NCBI GenBank assembly: GCA_047495785.1
Contig: JBLDXI010000030.1
Span: forward strand, 1,054,001 to 1,118,000
Reading direction: 5' to 3'
DNA: 64,000 nucleotides
DNA from: Lepidodermella squamata
Taxonomy: Eukaryota; Animalia; Gastrotricha
Part shown: positions 12,601-24,336 of the stretch, piece after piece
How the letters are laid out: each line of letters begins with the position of its first letter
How positions within the stretch are numbered: the stretch's first letter is position 1
Position numbers and translations under genes: made by a program
Notes under the pieces: model-generated
What the model was told of the DNA's origin: nothing
What the model saw: only the letters and a program-made list of their open reading frames with translations
The model's database searches: none

Positions 12601-13965
12601 GGAGTATCGCGGCCGGAATGCAATTGCATCAGATTGAAGCCCCGGGAACGGCCTTCCAGGCGAACCAAACCCTGTCCCAATTGGATTCTCCGTCAGGGCG
12701 CCCTGGGCGCCTGAAGTTGCGAATGGAATAGCGGTTTTGGGTCATTTTGGCTGATTTCGGGCTTCCCTAGGCGCCCAAAGGAGTATCGCGGCCGGAATGC
12801 AATTGCATCAGATTGAAGCCCCGGGAACGGCCTTCCAGGCGAACCAAACCCTGTCCCAATTGGATTCTCCGTCAGGGCGCCCTGGGCGCCTGAAGTTGCG
12901 AATGGAATAGCGGTTTTGGGTCATTTTGGCTGATTTCGGGCTTCCCTAGGCGCCCAAAGGAGTATCGCGGCCGGAATGCAATTGCATCAGACTGAAGCCC
13001 CGGGAACGGCCTTCCAGGCGAACCAAACCCTGTCCCAATTGGATTCTCCGTCAGGGCGCCCTGGGCGCCTGAAGTTGCGCTCAAATTACATTATTTGGCT
13101 GAATTCAGCACTTGAGTCACCCTGAAAGTAAGCGAGTAAATTCTGTTCTGGCAGTTGGGACAAACCTCCAGGCCAGCATTTTCCAAGTTTTCGGCGTTTT
13201 CCTAGTTAATTTCCATTTTTACGAAATTTTGAAGATAGCACCGTAGCACCGTGCTACGGTCTATTTTTCACCGTAGTGCTACTGATAGCACTAATCGTAG
13301 CATTACCGTACTGAGATCGTAGTAGTGTTATATGGGTGCTATCTTATTCGTATAATGGCATATCCATTCCAGCACAAGCCCTTGCCACAGTTTGGCGAAC
13401 ATGTACTAGCCGGCGATGCTTGAAATTTCACAAATTTATAACCATTTCGTAACTTTGTTTCACTCTTACGACTTACAACTATCGCAATAAGGGCCCTGGA
13501 ACCCATATTTACAGTTACAGAAACCAGTCGCATTACATGAGCCACCATACGGACACACATCTATCAAAGACACAATTAAAACGGGTCATTATTTCCCGTA
13601 GCCCTACAATTTTTGATGCAATTGGTCGGCGGCACATCCCATGAGCCATTGTTCAGGCATCGATGCTGGCTCACAGGCTTGTCATTCATCAAGACCTGGA
13701 TCGTGTCGTTGTAGATATTCAGTTTATAGACATCGCTCTGGGTAATGTCTTGCCAAACGTAAGATTTAGCTGCGCTCGAACCATTCATGTACTGGTACCG
13801 AGCATATGCTGTCCTAAAACCCGGGCAAGTCGAGAAAGCGGCTGAAATTTATTATGCAATGTGATTACGATTAAGGAAAATGTTGGCCCATACTAGTTTA
13901 CCTGTGCAGATCAGCTGCGAGAGAAAAAGCACAAGAGAAGCAAGCGCAATTTTGAAAAGCGCCAT
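6633..13965 (-). CDS. Multidomain Cys-loop channel: signal peptide, 2x EGF, 2x CUB-like, Thr-rich stalk, LGIC extracellular domain, 4TM (~930 aa)
   Basis: Manually spliced exons 13965-13902 (MALFKIALASLVLFLSQLICT), 13841-13608, 13560-13477, 13418-13357, 9086-8455, 8402-8155, 8095-6633. Five GT-AG introns of 47-60 bp keep the frame; the 13356-9087 junction is non-canonical. EGF CPYGGSCNATGFCNCKYGFQGPYC; CUB-like FCVWRVKIPE...GFYIKL; canonical CEMDLRKFPFDTQTC. Confidence 0.75.
9087..13356. other. 4.27-kb intervening segment (non-canonical intron or TIR insertion) splitting EGF2
   Basis: Removal restores CSPNCGKGLCWNGYA|CMCPDKSFGPSC; reads AT...AC on the gene strand; ends carry an imperfect IR (cgaaaaaaatagcac vs cgaataagatagcac) and tagcac/cgtag subrepeats. 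Confidence 0.55.
9592..13079. repeat. 179-bp GC-rich tandem satellite, ~19.5 nearly identical copies
   Basis: Monomer tgaagccccgggaacgg...gcaattgcatcagat recurs at exactly 179-bp period (9592, 9771, ... 12993). Confidence 0.98.
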
Positions 13966-14250
13966 TCCGACAAACAAAAAGCCGCCGACTGCGAGAATCT
14001 GCATACGGATTTTGGATACCATGCCTCATCTTGAGCTATTTTAGTCTTTATAATCAACATGTTATCGCTTCAACGCCGACTTTGCAATTTCCTATAGCAT
14101 GTTGATTATAAAGACTAAAATAGCTCAACATGGGGGAATAGTATCCAAAATCCGCATGCAGATTCTCGCAGTCGGTGGCTGTTTTTCGTCGGAATGGCGC
14201 TTTTCAAAATTGCGCTTGCTTCTCTTGTGCTTATTCTCTCGCAGCTGATC
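13909..14250. repeat. Inverted duplication (157-bp arms, 28-bp spacer) of the promoter and first exon of the multidomain channel gene
   Basis: 13909-14065 is the near reverse complement of 14094-14250; the right arm opens a 52-aa ORF (14194-14352) starting MALFKIALASLVLILSQLI. Confidence 0.9.
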
Positions 14251-15953
14251 GTGTTTGACGACAATGGTCTTATTGAACTGTCGGTTAGTTCGAGGCTGCG
14301 TTTGTTTGGTTTATTCTTTACTTTCGTTTTGGCGTTGTTCGCTAGTCATTGATTAAATAAATACCTGTGTTCAAGCAATAATGGTTGAGCTGTTTTAGGA
14401 GTTGAACTTTGGCCAGACGAAGCGCTATATTTTTCCCAAGCAAGTCGCGTGCTGTCAGAGCAAGCGCGGGCTGTCATTAAAACCAGAAATTACTCTTGGC
14501 ATATTTCATAATTAAAATATGAAATATGATTTTATATGTGAAAAATAGAAATCAACCAGAATAAATTCATGGTAACTTTTAGACATAGAGATAAAAATGA
14601 TTTCAGCAGCTTCATTTTTATTCAAAATTAATTTTCTCGGAACGGATATCTTCGTTTTTCACCAAATAGAAGCATAGCAAGCATATAGAACGCGAGCTCC
14701 TCTTTCCTCTTTCACATGGTCTTTCACATTCTTTCACATTCAATCTTTCACATTCAAATTCATCTCGACCACCTCTTGCGATGGCTGAATAAAACCCTCG
14801 AGCCATTCGGAATTGGGCGTTAGCGGCTTAGCGTAATAATTGTTAATAACGTCCGAAGTCCAACTCGACCAATGAATCATCTCATTACACTTGTTGCAAT
14901 CATCTCGAGTGTGGCGGTGACACCTTTAACAAATAGCACGTGTCACGCCACGAATTGTTATTTCTGTCTGGCGCGTGCCAGCAATAGCCGCGCCAGAAAC
15001 CTGATGCCATTCCGCCTATAAAAAGCCCTACTTTGATACGTTTAGATCATCTACCGTTTCGGTGATCATAAAGTAGCTTAGCTCTAGCCTCAATAAAATG
15101 CCTTAGTTTCGTACCTTCCGAAGTGTGTTTTTGCTCAATCATCCTAACACCAAACAAGTCAGGTCGTCGGTCATGATCCCGTGATCGCGAGAACCCGTCA
15201 CCGTTACATCGAGCCTCGTTTTTGCTTAATATTAACACATCTTTAAACAGCATCTGGCCGATATTTTGCTCCAAATGAGTTCTCAGCAGTTTCTAATTAT
15301 TGACATTAAAAAATTGCTAGTATCGAAATTACCGGAGTAAAAATTAAATCGTATTCATGGAATAATTATTCACGGCGGGCGGCAACCGAGGGATCACGTA
15401 AAGGGAGCTTCGAAGCCGCAGTGTCCTATAGTACGTCCTTAGTGCTAGTTTTGAGATGGAGCAGCGGTTCCCAAACTTGTTGCCTCGTAGGACACGTAGT
15501 GTCCAAAGAGAATGGCTCGTAGGACACCTTACTAAAATGAATGAAATTTGATTGGGAATTGGGAATGGGTACAATTTGTTGAGCTAGAAAATGATTGCTT
15601 GTTAACATTGATTTTTGATGGCAAACTAGCTCGAATTTGAAAAAATCTCCGGTGAAATTTAAACTAAGCGTACGAGCGAAGCGAGGACATTTATCGAATT
15701 TGACACTGAAAAACGCCGCACAACTTCTTAAAAGAAAAGACAATGCCTCGGGGTTTTCCCAGCAATTCAATTTGGAGTTTTCGTTCTCAATTATTAAATT
15801 TTAATTAATCATGTAGTCAGGTAAAATTTGTAACGAGCCTAAATAACAAGGGACATATGCCAGTTTCAAAGATTAAGTCTACCCTTTATGATCAGAGGCT
15901 TTCATAGAAAAACTTCATAAACAGGGAACTCGACATGGGCGCCAGATATTGTG

Positions 15954-17365
15954 ATCATTATGTTTCCGATTTTCCGGGTCAAAGTCCATTGTCAGCCATT
16001 GCTGTCATCCATCAGCCACAGTCAGCTCGCGTGTTGTCGTCCAGAGAGCTTGATGACTTGGTGACTTGGTGACTTGGTCGTGTCATTGCAATTTTCAATG
16101 CAAATTTCGCATGATTTTTCCAGGTGTTACTTATTACACTGCAGCACATATAGTGTGTTCAGAAAATGATCGGGAAGTCTCTTGCAACCTGCTATCAAGA
16201 AACGGGTGAATTGCGGTTACGTCTATGTTTAGTCTCTTGCGTTTAGTTCGTAACGAGTTTTTCAAGTAATTCAGGGACTTTTAACCGCTGTTTAATAACA
16301 TGGCCAACGATGGTGGATCAAAATGATGCAATTAAACATTTTACAGGTTTGGTGCTACAAAATCATGACATGAGTAGCACTGAGATTAAAGATTTGCCGA
16401 GCGGGCGCAACTCAATGTTACCATGTGTTAATTGGAGTCAAATCAAAGCTAATTTCCGTCTTTTAGGTGAAAAGGAGACATCACACCAAGATGTATGCTT
16501 ATTATCAAACAGAATATTTTTAGCAGAGCCAAATTTGCTTGTTGCATACAATATCCGGGTGGATATCATTGGTGGATAGCACGATGGATATTGGCCTGAA
16601 GGCAAGAAGGCTTTCTATGTGGGCCAGGGGCGCAGCCGAACGCCGGAATGGTGGCCTGAAGGACGAATATCCATCGCTGTCCACCGATAAGACCCGGATA
16701 TGGTTGTTATCCGGCGTCAAAAATCATAAAATCCGGATAACGGAGCCTAAGTTTAGATCCTGGCACCATAAACGCAACCAAGTTAAAAACAGTGACTTCT
16801 TTAAAAATGCAGGAAAATCGGCAAATAAGGCAAAGCAGGCCATGATCTCAAAGCGATGATCAGGCCTTATGCAGAAAATTGTTTTGGATTTCTGCTTATC
16901 AATCGCGATATTTTCCAGAAAAATTCGAAAATTCATTACTTCTGCAAATGCATTCTGCTTCCCATCTTATTCAGTTTTACCCCAAGCTATAAGTCAGTAA
17001 AAAGTGAAACCAAATATTTATGTTTTCCTTTCCCCTAAATTCAATTTCTCAAAACAAGTTGTTTGTAAGTCATCAAAGCATAGATACCTTGACCTGAAAA
17101 ATTATCAAAACGAAAAGCTTGTCGATGATGTCATGGTTATTGATGATACAGGTACAAAATAAAGGTTATAGGTGCTGCAGTGTAATAAGTAACACCTGGA
17201 AAAATCATGCGAAATTTGCATTGAAAATTGCAATGACACGACCAAGTCACCAAGTCACCAAGTCACCAAGCTCTCTGGACGACAACACGCGAGCTGACTG
17301 TGGCTGATGGATGACAGCAATGGCTGACAATGGACTTTGACCCGGAAAATCGGAAACATAATGAT
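15954..17365. mobile_element. Element or inversion bounded by 194-bp near-perfect inverted repeats
   Basis: 15954-16147 vs 17172-17365, one mismatch seen, internal (cttggtga)n subrepeat; ~1 kb interior with no convincing ORF; no TSD seen. Confidence 0.75.
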
Positions 17366-17668
17366 GAATCAGCATCGACTGCGTTTGGAAAAGTGAACAA
17401 ATCAGGTGATTTTCGATTTTCGATTCGATCGCTCATTATTCTTGAGCGTTTAATCACAATGAATCATTTCCGGCGGTTAGAGATCGCTCTAGAAACGATG
17501 AACACATTTATTATTTTTCCGAAATATTAATGATTTTTGAAGGGTGCGGGTAAATCTGCCGCCCAAACATTTAAAAGTTCGCCCCATTTGCGTCGCCTAA
17601 AAATAAGGTAGTGCCGCCTTTCCTCAACCGCCTTTCGTCAACATGCTATTTCCTCAACGTATTGTTTA

Positions 17669-18254
17669 TGTTGGGGCCCGAGCCCGATTTCGGCCCGTAC
17701 GCGCTCCGGCCGGCCCGTACGCAGACGGGTAGCATTGATTTGCCACTCCGCGCTCGGGCCGGTTTAAAACATGCCCGTATGCGACGTTTACTGTAAATTT
17801 AATAAATTCGAGAGAATCACGCTTCACCGCACACGGGCCGGCCAAGGTGCCAGCCCGAGCACGGCGGAGAACAATGGGATCCAGTGCTATTGTTCAGCGC
17901 CGTACTCGGACCGCCGGGCTCGGGCCCCTGGAATCGGGTCGTCGGGCTTGGGTCGCCGGGCTCGGGTCATCCTACAACCAACGCCCACCCCGACAATTTT
18001 ACCAAGTCCCGGCCCGAGTACGGCGCTGAACAATAGCACTGGATCCCATTGTTCTCCGCCGTGCTCGGGCTGGCACCTTGGCCGGCCCGTGTGCGGTGAA
18101 GCGTGATTCTCTCGAATTTATTAAATTTACAGTAAACGTCGCATACGGGCATGTTTTAAACCGGCCCGAGCGCGGAGTGGTAAAGTGCCGTTACCCGACC
18201 GCGTACGGGCTGACCCGAACGCGTTCGGGCCGAATTCGGGCTCGGGCCCCAACA
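17669..18254. mobile_element. GC-rich foldback/MITE-like hairpin
   Basis: Perfect 167-bp IR 17743-17909 / 18014-18180, extended imperfectly to tgttggggcccgagcccg / cgggctcgggccccaaca; ~100-bp loop. Confidence 0.85.
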
Positions 18255-21200
18255 ACACCTGCGCCACTCAACCGCGTGCGCGAGAGAGGCTCGGCAGCGG
18301 GCGCGCGACGTGTGCGCCACGTGTGTCAAGAGGTTGTAAAACAGGTGACATTTACTACCACGTCCGCGACCAAATCACCTTACTTAAGAGTCATTCAGCT
18401 ACTTAGAACTATTTACGGTTGTTGAGATTGTTGAGAGCTAAAATTTCGCGGCAAAGCGCCTAAGTCGAAATTATTAGCCTAAAATGAGCCCGCGCGCTGA
18501 TGTCAAAGGAATACTTTCGATTATCAGGACGGCTTTTTGACATAAATCAAATATAGAATTGTCGTCAAAAATAAAGGTCGAGTAGCTTCGACAGTTCGAT
18601 ATTTTACGGTATAACATACGTACATTTATGGTTAATTTTCGGCAGACTTTTCCGAATGTAAATTTTTCGCAACGTTTTAAGCGCGCGGCGCCGATTGCGA
18701 ATTTTTGCGCCTTGATAACTTTTCAACTGTGTGGAATTTAAAGAATAAATTTAATAACGCACAGCCGAAACTAATGTCAGCCTCAAATAAATTTCAGTGT
18801 AATAGGGGTGTTTCAAGTTGTACTTAGGACCCTTTTTTCTACGTGAGCCCGTAAACTTTGGTCGTTGGGTCGAGCACTCTCAAGTAATATATTTCATGAT
18901 TTTTTATTCGGGCAGTGCGGTATTCGCCTTCAAAGAGGAAAGTTTAGCAAATTAGCAAATATGCGCGGTTTTATGGTTAAAAAGAAATAATAATAGGGAA
19001 ATAAATCTACCGTATATGCCGAATTATTATCCCATGCTCAATTTAATTCCCCAGCCTATTTAAGCCCCCAGTTTCCAGGTCGTGTGAAACAATAAGAACC
19101 CACGCCTACAATTGCAGCCCGCAGAGCGTAGAGCGTAGGGTGAGTGTCTGCGGCAAAATTTTGGGGAAGAAGATAGCGAGACCAACAAGGCTGTTTGCAA
19201 GGCTAAGGAACACCAGTTAACCACATTTTCCGCGTGATTGGCGAAAAATCGACTTCATGTCCTTATACGCGTTAATCGCACTCAACGTCCTATCGAACAC
19301 TAGAAAAAAATTAGGTTTATTAGCTGAAGATAATAATCTTTTATGGCTATTTATCCTGAGGTTTATTAGCGGATTTTTATCTCATGGTTTTTTAGCTACG
19401 TCAAATGAATCAGCCTGTATGAATCAAGGACAAATCGCCACGGAAAATGGAGAAATTTTGGATAAAAAGCCATCGATTTCATTGTTGATAAACTTCGCCC
19501 GCCACGCAACAGCGGTCATGACACTTTCTGATTACGACTTGAAAGTATTTCATTCGACTTTTTCACACACAAACACAGCAGCGAGTTTTCGTATTTTTTC
19601 AGAGTTAACACCGCGGGAAAAACGAACGCGTCGATTTCCGAACCAATTTGTCGAAATTTGAGGGCTGTCAGGTGAGAACTTCTATCTATTTACCTGTTGA
19701 TTGATATTTTGATGGCTTGACCTGATGCATTTTATTTAATTCCTGAATTCATTTTTTTACATTGGAATAAATTTTAATTAGAAAATCAGCTAATTATCTC
19801 CGGCCAACACGGATTTTTCTAACACCGGTAACTTATAATTAAACTAACATACTACGAGTGTGCTATTTGCACCCACACGCGGGTGCATCCGATTTGCTAG
19901 CTACACCCTAAGGGTGCAACCATTTTGCTCGCTACACCCTATACCGCGCGTTAGTGTGGGTGCGACGATTTGACTCGCTACACCCTATACAAACAATGAG
20001 GAATTAGGAAAAAGCTGGCTGTCGGTGCGGCAAGGTGTACAGAAGTAATTAAAAAAGGTAAAATGCGAGTTAGCGAGATTACGTACCTGGGGTGACTTAT
20101 TAGCGCACTTTGCACAATAGGGTCACTTTGACTTGCCAGAATGGGTGACATGCCAAAATCGAATATGGTAAGGTAAACCCTAGTGAGTGGGGTACCGTTG
20201 GATAGCCCAAGGAAAGGCCAGCCTGGATGTGCACAATGTGCATCATAATAACCCATTTTGGGAGAGGACACAATATGTAAAGTCGCGGCATTTTTTTCAA
20301 TTTCTACCGCATTTTTTCGAAAAAGGACCGCACTCCTAATAAAGGCCGCACCCGATTAAACGCCGCAAAATTGTAGCTTTACCGGAAAACCTAGCGAAAT
20401 AATGATTCTCCGTGATTGAGAATTTGAAAGCGGTTCGAGTTGTTCTGACGAGCCACTGCTCAAACATCTGCGACATGGGTGTTTACTCAGTTACTGTTGC
20501 TTTTAGGGTTCAGAGAATAAAGGAACCAGTGCCGTATACCCACCGAGTTGATATTTCCATCAATATCTATTAAATTTACCGGTTTTATGTTGCTTCTTAC
20601 CGTTGCGTTTTCACAGCTTCTCGTTCACGTCGTGGAAGAACTCGCACTTCGGTTTTTTTTTCTGATTACAGTTTTGTCGTGTACAGCTTCGTTTTCGTAT
20701 TTTTCGTACGCGCATCTCAACAGTATTTTTTGTACGGTATTACAGCTGTAGTAGTTTTATAGTAAATCCCGGCCGTACATTAGCATACTGTAATCACACT
20801 GTACTGATAAGTACTGCCAAATGCCGTAGTTATTAGTACTGTCGAGTGTACTGTACATTGATGTACGGCAAATGACTGTATTTAACATGTACAGCTGGGG
20901 CTGCTGTACCGCAATCTACGGTAAATTACAGTATAGATGCTGTACAGTTAAAATCGTTGAATATGTATATATCATAATATATCAAAGTATGAATGGCTAC
21001 TGATAAATGGCGGCTATAATCGATAGTGTGATGAACGCGTTTGTATATGCACATTTTCAGGCCCGCCTACGTTACGGCTCTGCGCGCGCTCCTCAGCTCA
21101 TTCTGAAATGAAATCAAAGGGCAATCTATGAATTTCACGTCGGCTTTTACTACAAAATGAAGTAAATTGAATTCTCTATCGATTGAATATTGATTTGTTA

Positions 21201-21621
21201 CAATTGAAGTTTGAGAATTAAACATTTTACGTGCGCACTTTTTACTTGGTGGTGCGCTCGCGTGAGGTCACCCGCCCTAATTTTTCAGTGCACGTAAAAC
21301 TTTTTCCCTTTCAATTTTTCGAGCGAGAACCCCATATTCAATCGATAGAGGATTTAATTATCTTCATTTTGGCATAAAAACCGACACAAAAATTTCAAGT
21401 TACTCTTTGACAACTGCGCGTGCGGTAAAATTAGCGATAAATAACAGTGCGCACGACTTGGGCGAGTGAGCGTGCCTTGTAAATATGTCCTAAAGTTAGC
21501 CATGTTTGCTTATTTTTCGTACCTACCACTGTATTAGCACTTACTCAGAACATAGAGGAAATCAGACATATTAATTCAGACAGTCGTCATTACCCGCTGA
21601 GTATGTATCTTTTTACAATAG

Positions 21622-22407
21622 CAGGGTGCGAAGTACAGGGGTGCTGGGGTGTCGGAACACCCCAGCTCGGTCTGGCGGGAGAAAATTTTAAAATTTAATT
21701 GGAGTTGTGAAATCCATTATAGAACCAAAGTAATTTGAGAGAACCCCCATTGTGGGACGATGGATGCCGAGTTTTTAAGCAATTTCCGGCTATTCCTGAC
21801 ACTAAAATCGCCAAAAATATCGTCGGCTAAAGCTCGCTGCGCTCGCCTTCGGGTTTAAGGTTGTATAAGGGAATAAGCAACGGTGGCTAATTCAAGGTTC
21901 GACTATCGACCCTTCTAGTAGTTGCATAGAAACCATTTGTTTGACACTCCGCGTCATCTCATTTATATAATTGCCTTGCCATTTTATGAGATTTCAGACC
22001 CTCCTTCGGGGTAAAATTTAAAAAAATGTCCCACTTCGCTCGTATGTATGGCCTAATTTACTGGTAGGTAATGTTCAGATAAGAATGTTCAGTGATGTTC
22101 AAAGTCACTGAAGTAAAGAGCCCTTATTTGAGCCAAATATCAATGTGACAATGGGAAGAAAACGGATCGAACTAAAATGAAAGTAACGACTGTAAGTAGT
22201 CAATTTTAGGAGGGTTTGGAACCCTTCATAAACAAAAAAATCGGAAAATTTCTCGCTTCGCTCGTTTCATGGGTTAAAATCATAGCTAATTTTCCCCCAT
22301 TCCGAGTAAATGCTATTGATTTCGCGAGCGAGCGTAGCGAGCGAGCGCAATTTTTTGTTGCTCAATATTAGGAACACACCAGCTCGAAAATCCTACTTCG
22401 CACACTG
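21622..22407. mobile_element. hAT-like non-autonomous element, long member of the 46703 family
   Basis: Ends cagggtgcgaagtacaggggtgctgggg ... atcctacttcgcacactg match the 46703-46866 element; TSD not conserved here. Confidence 0.7.
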
Positions 22408-23027
22408 ATTACGTCGTTTTTCAGTGTCGAATTCTAAAAATTTCCCCTCTTCGATCGTGGTTACACGTGGAATTGTATCTATTTCGAGCTAGCCATCAAA
22501 ATGATAGCATCGACGTTGCCATCAAAAACCAATTTGAACAAGGGATCATTTTGTGGCTCAAAAAATTGAACAAATTCCCAACAAATTTTTATTCATTGTA
22601 CCAAGGCGTCCAACGAGCTATTCTCATAGGACACTGCTGTGTCATACGAGACAACAAGTTTGGGAACCGCTGGCATAAGGTTAGCTCAGCCCGATCCAGG
22701 GGAGGAAAAAGATGATTTCACATTTGGTGTATAACTTGGGCTAGGAATATCGTTTTTTAGGGCTGAAAACAGGCATCGACGGGTCTAGTGCTGAGCTATC
22801 ACCGAGATGCGTCCAAATAGCAACAAGTACACAAATCGCGACACAATTGCGGGAATTCAGTGGTTCTCAAACTATTTTCGCTCCCGGTCAAAAATGGCGG
22901 CCGGCTGGAAACTTTTCCGGCCACATGGCCTTTTGAACTGTCAACCGGCCGCTTGTAATGATAAATTAGGACCTTATTCCCGGCCGCACGCCTCAATAAT
23001 CGAGAACCCGAACTCCGAACCCGTGCA

Positions 23028-23965
23028 TTAATTAACCGAGCGAGCGAAGCGAGCTTTAGCTAACGCGATCCCACGTCCCCTTCCGCGAAAACCTCCCGCG
23101 ACCCATTTCAAAATTGCCCGCGATAGCTGAGGCGGGCTAGGCCGTAATTTTTTCGCTGCGCCAGTAAGCGGCCGTGTTCCAAACACGTCGGTCCAATTCT
23201 TGTGAGCTTCGATTATTATGTTGGCCAGCTCGGGCTCGGATGTATTTCTCGCGAGAAATCGATCGTAGTGTTCGTCAATGAGATCAGCGAAGGCTTCGAG
23301 TTCGCACTTTAAATATTCATTAATGTAAATATTATTTTATGAAATATGTTAAATGTTAACGCCAACCTTCAAGTAGAGATGCCGACGTGGGCCAGTCTGG
23401 CGAGCAGGAGCAGCATTAATAAGCATAGCCATTTTCTCGCGAATCGGGATGCGACGCGGGGTATCGATCAGTACGCTTGTCCGTCGAAAGTTCCAGCCTG
23501 GCAGCAGAGTTTTATCGGACGCCACAGTGGCATCAGGATTCACTTCGGGATCAGGACTCGCCGACCGCGAGTTGTTGGCTGAAGAATGAACAGATGAGCG
23601 AGCTGAAGAGTGCGCTGAAGAAATAACCGACGAACGCGCAGAGGAACGAGATGAACGATCGGACCGCGCACTTGCTAGGCTGCTGCGCCGCGATGAAGGC
23701 CTCGAGTTCAACGTTAGCCTTGCGACTACCTCAGTTTGAAATGAGGAGGCTCGTCAGGACTGAGCCGAAACGCCCGGGCCAACGCCTGTTCGTCCACGAC
23801 CGAAACCCAGAAGCTTCCGTCAAAGTACTTAATCGCTAGTGGAAACGACCCTGTGAGTTTCCATTTCCATTGTCGAAGAATTTCTGCTTGCAAACTTGCC
23901 ACGGTACGTTCTTCGATGGAGAAGACCCGAACGTCGTCTTTCCAGGACATCCTTATTTCCGACAT
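23028..23965 (-). CDS. PB1-like domain + Ser/Arg-rich linker + unknown C-terminal domain; one apparent frameshift
   Basis: N-terminus WKDDVRVFSI...IKYFDG...VVDEQALARAF resembles PB1; a frame change near 23730 joins ORF 23711-23349; GT-AG intron 23366-23307 leads to a 93-codon open last exon. Confidence 0.5.
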
Positions 23966-24336
23966 TCAAGAGTTTATATATCGATGATTTTGCGCTATAA
24001 GGAGCCAATGAAAAAATTCCTATCCAGAGTACTACGCACTATATATAGTACTACGCACTCATGTAGTAAGATACAGCCCATTGTATTCTGTGTGAAAAAA
24101 TATATGTACTGGACAAATAATGACCAACAAATATCTTCGATACTGCGGTCATTCTGAGGTATCTGCGCTGGGAATTCCGAGATAATCATGGAGGAAACGT
24201 TTCAGAAACTCATGGACTGAATCGTTCTTAGACAGCTGGAGTAAAACACAGTTCAAACTCTCAACAATAAGCTTGTTTTAATAATTTTGAAACGCTTTCA
24301 AGTAGTCATATCCATCCAAGTTTCGAGGGCGTAATG

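Larger units (their letters stand above)
15462..22672. mobile_element. Pair of diverged hAT-type ends (CAGCGGTTCCCAAACT) in inverted orientation ~7.2 kb apart
   Basis: ~180 bp of inverted similarity, 15462-15640 vs 22480-22672; no matching TSD; another hAT-type end CAGTGGTTCTCAAACT at 22858. Confidence 0.45.

Noticed and set aside
9592-13079. CRISPR-like array or coding repeat (ORF 12872-13084)
   Set aside because: Contiguous identical monomers with no unique spacers, in a eukaryotic context; the ORF exists only because one monomer variant removes a stop.
17771-18425. Mirror-image ORFs (MPVCDVYCKF...) on both strands
   Set aside because: Artefact of the inverted repeat.
20750-20950. Degenerate tactgta/tacag-rich tract
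   Set aside because: No stable period or boundaries; probably decayed transposon subterminal repeats.
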